This document shows, one piece after another, positions 53,869 through 64,000 of a DNA stretch of 64,000 nucleotides. A program made the translations under genes and the position numbers. Each line of letters starts with the position of its first letter. Position 1 is the stretch's first letter. A model generated the notes under the pieces. That model worked only from the letters and a program-made list of their open reading frames with translations. It made no database searches and was not told the origin of the DNA. This DNA comes from Nemertoderma westbladi (lineage: Eukaryota > Animalia > Xenacoelomorpha). The stretch covers positions 1 to 64,000 of the forward strand of contig JAUCBJ010009078.1 in assembly GCA_032718475.1 (NCBI GenBank), given 5' to 3'.

Positions 53869-54480
53869 TTTATGAGCCCAACAAAAAATTATACTTATAC
53901 TTATTATGTGTAGCATATAGGTAATAATTAAGAAGCTCTTAGCTTCTTTCCTGTCTCCATATTTCTGCTGATTTTTGGACATGAAGATGAAGAATACCGT
54001 GTTCTGGCATTTAGAGTGGCTTGAGCTACAATAACATGTGTGTGTAGGCCTATTATACTATAATAATATACTGTTAGTTGGCACAATGGGAAGAACTATT
54101 CAGCTGGTGCGATAATACATTACAAACTACTAACAGTTGATATTTGATTACTACTTGTCTGGGATAGAGTGAGAGAGTAATAAACTTGGCAGGTATTATA
54201 CTTCTCTGCAATTTGGGCCTATCCATTCATTCAATAGTAGTAGCTTACTAGCTTACTAGTAGCTTACTAGTGTTTCTATCGTTGAGTATATGGCAATTTT
54301 CTTGTAAGCCACTTTGAAATCTTATTTAGCTTTCTCAACCTTATGGGGCTATTTTTCGAAATACAAAAAGACACTTTAATAATATTTTTCGAAACTTTTT
54401 TTTCCACATCCTGGAGTTGAGCTGCATCGATTGATATAACTTTCATATACGGACGAGCTATAGTTTCGGTGGAGTTCACC

Positions 54481-54641
54481 AGATATAGATAGATAGATAT
54501 ATACATACATACATACATACATACATACATACATACATACATACATACATACATACATACATACATACATACATACATACACACATACATACATACACAC
54601 ACCCATACATACACACATACATCCACACATATACATAGATA
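54481..54641. repeat. Compound microsatellite (AGAT)n(ACAT)n
   Basis: Direct inspection. Confidence 0.97.
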
Positions 54642-56313
54642 GTGAATAATATTACAGTAAGAAGTTCTAACTTTCTTCTAATAATTTAATAAACTTAATG
54701 AACGATCAATAATTATGTGCCGCCTTCTGTTCATCAACTCTTAGCGAACATAATCACATTTATGTGATTTACATTATTGATGTACATTATTTTGAGTGTA
54801 ACTTGAACTAAGACGTGGACAGTTGAACAGTCGTCTGAATCTAGAGCGCTTTTTTCAAGGTGCGCAAGCACCACCAGCTAGTACATTATACCTGTAATGG
54901 GCAGGATATAGGACTTGCCCTGTTTGCCAATTCGTTTCTTATATATTATTTTAAAAAAATAAATTGTAATATCAATATGGTTCTATTTAAACTTTGCCAG
55001 CTGGTGTCGCCTTCAAGATCTTTAATTTTTATTATCAGGCTCCATGGTCACACGAACATTACGGAATCCCACGGTAACACTCTGTCAACGGTATCCCTGT
55101 TGCGATTCAATATAATTACAGTATTATATTGTATGGCTTCAGATCAATTTTTGTGGCTGCAATTTATATAACTTTGTGATGAATATATTATTACTTATTT
55201 GAGAATGGGCCTGCAGCTTCCATTGCTGCATTCTGTTTTTGTTCGAAGTTGAAATTAAAACTAAAATATATTTCAGAGCATTATTGTAACGGTATCTGTT
55301 GTATGTATCATTTTCTCTATACATTTTGAATTTTCAATTATTTTTATGTACATATTCCCAATAAAATATATTACCACCCCACGCAAAACTGCCATATTGA
55401 ATTAGTGCATCAACATTGAATGTAATATTATTCATAATGCAGCTTTATATTGGAAACGAATGTATTATACTTATTATATTACAGTATTAATTATATATCC
55501 ACACGAAAGTGTGTTTCGGATTAGTAGAGTTTATTTGTATTTGTTGCCATGGTATCTTCTGTTTCTGGAATTTTGTTTATATAATTATTATTGTGCACAA
55601 CGATTTGTTCTGAAATAGGCCTACTGCTGTACCGGTACTATGTTACGCATTGTGTGATTGAGTACTAGGAGTACACTGTATGTAGGCCTACTGTACTGTA
55701 GGCCTACCACTATATAAAATCAGGAACTCAAATCATAATAACAATATCAAAATCAGTTTAATTATTTTATATTATTTAATCTCCTTGTATGGTTTAAATT
55801 TCCCGCCCTTCGCTTATTTGTTAATATAAACCGCGTTCGGTTGATTTAAAAAAAAAATAAAAAAACTATATAAAATTATCTGATCCGCCCAAAATCAGTA
55901 AAAATAAAATATATAATAAATCTACAGGCAAAAAACTAATAGTATAAAGAATAAAGTACAAGTTCAGGGTATCAGCTGGATCCCTCGAAAAGTTGCAGGT
56001 CCTAGATGCCGCTTTAACTGCTGGCATCCTTGACCATCTTAATCCGTTTGAGCATTGTGCCCGGACTCACTATGTGTCTTAGTTAGGTACACTCGACACT
56101 TCCGAATTCTATGCTCTGTCCTGGAAGTCTTTTTTCGGTTTTGAGAAGGTCTAACGAGAAACACAAGCAATTAAAATAAAATAGAAAAATCCCATTTATT
56201 TGTATAGAAATGCAAGATACAGTTAGAAGAATTCTAATGTTTATAACCATCTACCAATAATTCCAAAATAAATATATAATATTTATAGAAAAAAGTATGG
56301 GATATAGACCCAC

Positions 56314-56471
56314 CTTGTTATCCCAGGCCGGCCTATCACTGGCGCTACTATCAACACAAGGGACGCCCTTCTTGTAATCACCAATGGCTTTGCAATCATC
56401 GTTGTCATGGATATTGTCGGCATCATCACCACCTTTTAGTGGCTTCATTTGAACGTTTATCTCATAGTCGT
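56314..56471 (-). CDS. SLC6 N-terminal exon: DYEINVQMKPLKGG...SDRPAWDNK
   Basis: RPAWDNK is the conserved SLC6 R-x-x-W motif preceding TM1; ttgcAG acceptor, AAG|GTgggt donor; joins in phase 0 to exon 51003-51090. Confidence 0.85.
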
Positions 56472-56700
56472 CTGCAACAATGAATCACATTACCACTCCC
56501 TAAAAACTTTCCCACGTCAAATGTACTACTCAAACAAAAATGTCTTCTGTGTACGTCACGTCAAGCATGTACTGATCGGAAAACAAAACCAAAATACTAA
56601 ACCCAACATCCGACACACCCACGCATAGAAACCAGCTGATACAATAAATAATGCCTCCCAAATCTTTGAGAATTAATTAATTATTATTAATAGTAGTTAC

Positions 56701-56731
56701 CTGTGCTACTAGGTGACGTGTGTAAATCCAT
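56701..56731 (-). CDS. Candidate first coding exon of the SLC6 gene (MDLHTSPSST)
   Basis: ACAATGG start context and CAG|GTAACT donor in phase 1, matching the phase of exon 56314-56471; no homology support. Confidence 0.45.
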
Positions 56732-57745
56732 TGTAGATAACGATGTGTTACTCGCGGCATGAGAACCATTTAATAATTTTAAAACGCAACCTTCATCATT
56801 TGCCATCATGTTAGAATAACTCCAGCAATTTATATGATTTAATATCTAACATGTAAAAATGTTGCTTTATATCTTAGTATAAATATAATATATAAAATAT
56901 ATTAAATAAAAAATATAGTAAAATAAAGTAAGTTCCTACAATAGCAATCACTGGCTTGATGCGTATAAATAAAATTCCTTTACTGTATTTTCTAATATAT
57001 ATCTGAAATAATTTCCCGAAATAACTGAAAATAACACTTCGTTGCTACGCAACTGTATTTAGCATAAGACCGATGTGCAACATCGATGTGCACGCCTTTA
57101 TCTTTTGACATTTGACTTTTGACTATCGGGTGTTGATTGGGTAGTGAGTAGGCAAGGTGTACTAAATAATAACAGGCCATGCAACGAGCGTAAAGACAGG
57201 TGACAGCGTTAGCATTTTGAAAGCACTTTGACAGCTGTCGCTGTAACCGCGAGATCTATCTGTGAACCGGGTTTAATGCAGAACATTGCGTGGGCCGATC
57301 TTTCGTTTATTTAGGACAATATTTTAATAATATTTCCTTAGGAACTTCTTAATAGCTAATTTGTTTGGTTGGATATGATGGCTAAGGTTCATAGATGTGT
57401 AATAAAATGTCTTTCTGGAATTGTTATCTTGTTGTTGCCAAGGAAACCGGGTGCAAAGTTCAAACATTGCGCCCCTGTATTTCAAGACGACGAGGGATTC
57501 TGTTGTTGCGATTTGGTAGGTGAGTAAAGGGAATAAAACTATATCAAAATATTTAACATATAATCAAAATAATTTGAATTTGGTTACAATTACGTTTCCA
57601 TAGTGATGGGTATAACGTTAATTTGCCATTATGGCCTCCTGCTGGAAAATTAAATTATTTGCAGCTAACTTGCCTACACTACAGTACGTCCTGCCTTTTG
57701 TATCTAATAATTAATTATTAAAACTTAAATTTTCTGATTAAGGAA

Positions 57746-58060
57746 ATGGTAGCGGTTGGCGTATCAGCAGATGATAGTGGTAATGGTGGAATTGGTCTAT
57801 TGATGAATCCAACTGCACATTCAGCATTGGACAAAATTGACCCAATCTCTAACCTCACCATCCGTTGCCACTTCTCATGTTCTGGAAGACTGGCTAATAA
57901 GTTACCTAAGGTGGTTCTGATTGTGTGCTACTCTCAAACTAGTGTTGCCCCAGTAGAGGAGATGGAAAATGTATACCACAATCTACAAGCAGCTACTGAT
58001 GGAGTGAATCAGCATGCATTCTTATCTTTCCTGGGTGACTTTAATGCCAGTCTCCATTAG
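57746..58060 (+). mobile_element. Isolated LINE APE-endonuclease fragment (RTE-like)
   Basis: GGIGLLM...IVCYSQTS...LGDFNA. Confidence 0.7.
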
Positions 58061-58427
58061 CAGTCGAGCGGAATTCCGGATCCGGTTCTGGCCGGAATTG
58101 ATATAACCGAATTATACATTTACTAGCAACCCAGGCGCGCTTACGCACGATTGTGAGCCAAATAACAATAGAATAATATGTTTCACAGTAAATTATAAAA
58201 AAGGCAATTAAAGGCGCTCAACTGTACTTGTACACTACTGTATATCTAAAAAGTCATTCAGGCGGCCAAATTTCCCAGGAACCTACTGTAATAGACGTTC
58301 ACTTTCATTGAATCCAGGGCAAGAGTTTGTGTTGTATTCTGAGGGTAGGAGCTATCAGCTGGGTAAAATGTTATTTGCCTATGGTCAGAGAGAGATCCCA
58401 TTCTGTAACTTGGCAATTGCTCAATTC

Positions 58428-59416
58428 GGTGTTCGGACACTTCCCCCCCGGACACTTCCCCCCCGAACAGTTCCCCCCCCCCCCCCCCCGCTCAAGTGGG
58501 ACACTTCCCCCCCGGACACTTCCCCCCCAGACACTCCCCCCCCCCCGGACACTTCCCCCCCGACTGTTCTTAACTTCGCACATTCGTATTTTTCATTTTG
58601 TAAGGTAAAGGGACCGCTTGTATCCAGAAAAGTTGTATCCAAATTTATTTTCTTAGCTCAGAAAGTGATCTTTTGCATCCCGATTTTACATTTTATATCC
58701 AAGTTTTATTTATGATGTAGCAGATGGGGATGAATATTATTATTGCAATCAAAATTATACCTCTCCAGGGTAAAATCGACATGCGTCGACCTGTATTCTG
58801 TGTTCAACATTACATATTGATATACATATTACTATACATACTATATCTTGCAATATTTTTAATAGGATTTTGTTGGATTATATAATATTGTAGTAATTTA
58901 TATATTAATTTGGTTAACATTCAATACAGCTCCTATTTTAGGCTTAGTCAATTTATTATCTGATGATACAAACGTGAATTGATTATTTCAAAACGGTCTC
59001 AAAGTCTTTCACCACGGGCACACAGGGGAATGCCGGGGTTTGGGGGCGGCAGCCCCCCAGAAAAGAAGTGTGGGTTTGGAGGCGGCAGCCCCCAACAAAA
59101 GAAGTGTGGGTTTGGGGGCGGCAGCCCCCAACAAAAGAAGCGTGGGTTTGGGGGCGGCAGCCCCCAATTAAAAGAAAAACAAACAAAATTTGACTATAAA
59201 AATGTTTCTTTTATAATTTTGAAAAAACTTGTCTAGATACAACTTGTCCTGTAACCATCTTTAACTTTTGTTTATTGCTTTGATGCACCCAGATTAATTT
59301 TAACACTTTAACTGGGGGGGAAGTGTCCGGGGGGAAGTGTCCGGGGGAGAAGTGTCCGGGGGGAAGAGTCCGGGGGGAAATGTCCCACTTGGGCGGGGGG
59401 GAAGTGTCCTAGATCC
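58428..59416. mobile_element. Non-autonomous foldback/Mutator-type element with GGACACTTCCCCCC subterminal arrays
   Basis: 9-bp TSD GCTCAATTC at 58419-58427 and 59417-59425; inverted C-rich and G-rich arrays at 58435-58561 and 59313-59409. Confidence 0.88.
59035..59166. repeat. 36-bp repeat with GGGGGC-GGCA-GCCCCC hairpin, ~3.6 copies, inside the MITE
   Basis: Direct inspection. Confidence 0.9.
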
Positions 59417-59990
59417 GCTCAATTCCATTCAGCTGAATGGCACAGTAGAGCATTGATTCTGGGTTACAACTAATAAGCAATCAATGACAAATTCTAGTTG
59501 ATTTTAATGATAATAATGAAAAGCAATCAAGTTCATTAAATAATTGGATGAAGTGTGTTCGAGGGCAATGGATGTTGAGTTCAACATGTTAAGATCTTAC
59601 AATTCTTAATTATTTCGAGAATTAATTAATTAATTAACGAAGCGTAACTATCCTATTCCATGGCCAATACATATATAACCCACCATACGAAGTCTTGTAG
59701 CAAACCAAGGGAGTGTTTAGGCGGAGATTCGGCTATATGACAAACAAAGATACATACATCGTTGACAATGACAATTGTATTATAAATGTAACAAATTAGA
59801 TGAATTGCATTTTTTCACAAACATCTCTTTTTTTCATAAATATATAGCTGAAAGTTACTCTCAGTTTTTTTTACAGGTTTGAGACTCTTGCATCTGAGGC
59901 GATAGATCACTGCGCGGGATATACAGACCTCACAGAAGCAGTTGAGGCAGCAGCTGCGCAGAAACAGTTCCTGTATACCCTCGGAACAGA

Positions 59991-60659
59991 AATAGATAGA
60001 TAGATTTTATTTATACATTATGTAAAAACAATAACAAATACAGCAAACAATGTATATAGGTATTGTCCAACATAACATATAGGATTACCCCTAAAGCTTT
60101 GCAGCTTATTTCCAAGGGGGTCCTTTATGTTACTTGGTTACAAATACAATATTACACAATTACAATTACTACACTAACCTAAAACAAATATAAAACGTAC
60201 AACACTAACACTAGGCCTACGTACAACTTTACCGAGAGCGAGACAATACTCCGACTCAACAATATAGATGTAACTATGTACAGTACAATAATTATAAAAC
60301 GTAATTACACTACGTACAACTTTACCGAAAGCGAGACAATGCCCTACTCAACAATATAGATGTAACTATGTACAGTACAATAATTATAAAACGTAATTAC
60401 ACTACGTACAACTTTACCGAAAGCGAGACAATGCCCTACTCAACGATAAAGATGTAACTATGTACAGTACAATAATTTATAAAACGTAATTACAGTATGA
60501 ATAGGAAATAACTAATAAACTAATAACTTACTTCTAGGACTATTGTACTGCACACGGAGGTGAGTTTTAACTACAGATTTAAAAGAATGTTGATTATCTG
60601 GGATTTTTATTTCATTAGGCAGAGCGTTCCAATTTTTAATACCGTTAAAAAAGAAAGTA
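59991..60659 (-). mobile_element. 3' end of a CR1-group (Crack/L2-like) LINE with a ~92-bp tandem triplication in its 3' UTR (60218-60495)
   Basis: Minus strand TFFFNGIKNWNALPNEIK...SFKSVVKTHL (WNxLP..FK motif); AATAAA followed by a (TCTA)n tail. Confidence 0.75.
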
Positions 60660-63597
60660 CAGTCGGGTTATCAAAGTGCATCTGTTCTTTAAGATTTTCT
60701 CAAAGTTTTTCTAAAAGTGTCTAAAAGTAATTAAATTACTCCCAACGGCTGCTTTGAATTCTTGTAGACACTTTTAGTTGGGAATCTCAAAGTGATTTCC
60801 TGCTTTTAGGCACTTTGCTTTGAATTCTTTGAGAAAATAAACTCCGAGGTATTCCTGATTGACAGCTCGTGGTAAGTTAACAGAAAGGCAGAGGCATTCT
60901 CGGGGAACAAAAATCATGCGGGCAACAAAGTGATACTTGTGGGCCTGCCAGTTGTTGCCTAGAAGCTATTCCCATTAATTCGCATTGAGGTTTCTGAGGT
61001 CATTACGGGATGGGTTTTAGGTTCGGTCGCAAGTACAAATTGAATTTTCGGGGCACTTTGACAAGAATTCTACCCCCCACCCTCCCCACACACCTTCCCC
61101 CTCTATTTGGAAATAAAACCTTTTATAAAAGTCTTTCTAAAAAAAACATTCTTAAAAATCAAATAATACATGAAACATAATTTATTAGTGTAACAAGATT
61201 AATGCAATATATTAATTTAATAATAATATAATATAAGATTAATTAACTAACTAATTAATTAATTGTATACGCAGTTTCATTATAATGACCTGAAGAAGGC
61301 CTGTTGGGAGAACGCTTGTAATAACTTTTGTTTAGTCACCTAAGGTCAACCCGTACTACCTTGTGGGGCGAGCCACGAAGTTGGCGGAGCCTTAGCGAAT
61401 TGACACTGTTAGGGGGTGGGTCAATTTATGCAAATAGTTGTCGTCGTCGTCGTTGTCGTCGTCGTCGTCGTTGTCGTCGTCGTTACGATTTTGACATGCT
61501 AATAACTTTGTCGGATTTAAAGCTGCCAAGTTGAAAATTTGTAGGTATCAATATGAGCAAAAGTTGAGATTTTTGAGAGACTTTCAGACACCATCAGTGC
61601 AATGGTCTCCCGCTAGAGGGCCACATGTCTAAACATTAAATGCCCTCCCATTTCTTTGCTTTTAATCCGTTTAAGCTGAAACTTGGCAGATATGTATTAG
61701 ACCATTAGCTGTGACTTTCAAAGGAGGCGAATCCATCTGCAGTTCTCCAGTCTGCCGCTAGAGGGCCAAAGGTCTGAAAGTGAAATCGTTGTCGTCGTTA
61801 CGATTTTGACATGCTAATAACTTTGTCGGATTTAAAGCTGCCAAGTTGAAAATTTGTAGGTATCAATATGAGCAAAAGTTGAGATTTTTGAGAGACTTTC
61901 AGACACCATCAGTGCAATGGTCTCCCGCTAGAGGGCCACATGTCTAAACATTAAATGCCCTCCCATTTCTTTGCTTTTAATCCGTTTAAGCTGAAACTTG
62001 GCAGATATGTATTAGACCATTAGCTGTGACTTTCAAAGGAGGCGAATCCATCTGCAGTTCTCCAGTCTGCCGCAGGAGGGCCAAATGTCTGAAAGTGAAA
62101 TCGTTGTCGTCGTTATGATATTGACATGCTTATAACTTTGTCGAATTTAAAGCTGCCAAGTTGAAAATTTGTTTTGTTGAAAATCAGTTCAACTGTCACC
62201 CGCTATAGGACTACTTTATGCCTGAAAGTGAATAGATTCTCCCGTCTCATTGATTTTAATCAGTTTAAGCTGAATCTTGCCATATATTCTGGACCACATG
62301 CTGCGTCTTTGTGGGGGGGGGGGGGAGATTTAATCGGTCTGCCGCTATACGACGAAATTTCTGAAAGTGAGATCCGTCTCTCATTTCGTTATCCGTTATT
62401 CAAGATGAAACTTGGCCGATGTACGTATGTACTATTCATCCATAGGCTGTGTCTTTGTGGGGCTGGAGACCCTAATCCATCTTCAGTTCTCACTATACCG
62501 CTAGAGTCAGAAATGTCTGAATAGAAATGAAAGAGGTAAAAAGTGATTAGGCGAAATCTGCTTAAAATTTGCTAATACAGTAATACTTTCGAATTAGTAC
62601 TTAAATTAAATTTAAGTCACGTGCTGCGCGAAGGCCCCACTTCGTGTTTAATATGTTAACTACGGTGACGAGAGCGCGAGAATTCCTTCTTAAAAACTAA
62701 GAAAGGCTTTCAACTTTCAAGTAAGATAGAACGGCTACAATCTTGTGTTGTTTTAACTTAATAGAGATATTGAAATATCCCCTGCCCCATGGGTTTTCTA
62801 TTTAACCATAATTATTTTAAATGTTTGCCTGATATTCAATTGATGTGTACCGCCTTCTGGCAAAGCAGCACCCATTTAAGCTATCAATCACAGCTAACGA
62901 GTAGCGACCCACGGACGGCGACCTTCAAACAAACAGGTGCAGAGCCGGAAATAACTGTCGTGTTGCTGTTTGCTTGGCTTGTGGTCCCATTTGATAACTT
63001 AATAGATTTTGGCAGACTGGGCGGTCGCTCTGACCATATGCACTGCGCACCTACAATGCCTAAAACATCTAAGGGAACAGCCAATTAGTGAGTTCGTATC
63101 ATTTCTCTTTATTCCTGCCGCTATCATCTTTATTCTTTACTTTGTATAACACAATAGCATAAAGCTACCAACGTTTTAATCCCTGCATAGCAGTGCGGCA
63201 AAGCAGGGCTGGTTGATCATTGAAATGCATGGGTAAAGGAATTCAACGTTCACATTCCTAATGCCCTGTGGGACAGATTTAAACAGCACTATACATTAAT
63301 ATAGATAGGGCAACAGACAACTGTCAAAGACACAAATACCAACACATTGCGATAGCCCGCAATTATGGCGACTCTAAAGAGTTAAAATATAAAAACCTCT
63401 ATGCAACAATATAAATACCTACAAAAAAATACTGCAGTAATAAATATTACTTACTGCAGTAACATATAATCATACTTCGAGCGACTTGGAAATCTTTGAG
63501 GTCACTTTGTCATTTTTGGACCACTTTTAGAACTTTGAGACACTTTTAGTTCTTTGAGAAAATCTCAAAGAACAGATGCACTTTGAGACCCCGACTG
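60660..63597. mobile_element. Non-autonomous Tc1/mariner-type transposon, 2.9 kb
   Basis: TIR CAGTCGGG(T/G)T(A/C)TCAAAGTGCATCTGTTCTTT.AGATTTTCTCAAAG at both ends; TA on both flanks; no transposase seen. Confidence 0.85.
61326..62690 (+). mobile_element. Helentron/HINE-like element with (GTC)n microsatellite and internal 315-bp tandem repeats (each about two 150-bp subunits)
   Basis: T-rich start TTTAGTCACC, (CGT)n at 61440-61483, period 315 (61486, 61801, 62116), inverted GGTGAC near 62664; family assignment is by architecture only. Confidence 0.55.
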
Positions 63598-63624
63598 TAT
63601 CAGTTTCGAAGGATTTACCATTCG

Positions 63625-64000
63625 TGTAAAGGATTTCGCGTGCCGTCAACACGATAAGCTCCTAAACGGTTATTAAAAGTATCTCAAAAATAATTCATAG
63701 TTTTAACACACTCGTTTACTGTTTTTGGTTTCTCGGTGGAAAGACTGACTTGAAAAAAGCTCGCAAAGAACACGGTCCTTCAACGAATTGTTATTTACGG
63801 ACTTCATCAACCCTTTCAAGATAGTATACTAAAACTTCCTTGGTATAAAAATAGTGTACGGTAAGTAACACCATAGAAAAACCTCTGGGAAGAGGAAAAA
63901 AGAGAAACCGGGTGAAGGGTGCTTTGGGTCCGTTAGGATCCAAGTATAGCCTCGAAAAATATTACAAAAATAAATACAATCCAAACAATTGTAAACAAAA
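63625..64000. mobile_element. Second copy of the TGTAAAGGA repeat family (see 51155), running off the right edge
   Basis: Shared blocks CTCCTAAACGGTT, GGGAAGAGG.AAAAGAGAAACCGG, GGTGCTTTGGGTCCGTTAGGA. Confidence 0.75.

Noticed and set aside
54276-54636. CMYV-repeat ORFs
   Set aside because: Translation of the (ACAT)n microsatellite.
58308-59236. Pro-rich and Gly-rich ORFs
   Set aside because: They derive from the MITE's terminal arrays and the 36-bp repeat.

Overview
Repeat-rich metazoan genomic DNA, most likely from an invertebrate. Bases 1-34612 are one satellite array: a constant core ACAT/CCCTGTAGTTACCACGTAGA plus a variable linker, giving mainly 37-, 41- and 42-bp units, with a 100-N assembly gap at 17964-18063. 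The array abuts an apparently intact two-ORF APE-RT non-LTR retrotransposon (34613-42418). Its 1435-aa ORF1 is unusual: a 35-aa FG/VPVV tandem repeat, a Ulp1/SENP-like (C48) cysteine protease domain, a coiled coil and a C-terminal RRM-like domain. The only stop-free frame of the 42-bp satellite unit is in register with ORF1 at the junction. The remainder holds decayed LINEs (an RT-deleted sister element ending in a 35-bp array, RTE, Crack/L2-like), non-autonomous DNA transposons (two foldback/MULE-type with 9-bp TSDs, Kolobok-like, Tc1/mariner-like, Helentron-like), tRNA-derived SINEs and minisatellites. It also holds the first 4-5 coding exons of a minus-strand SLC6 transporter gene, whose remaining exons I could not find in the window.
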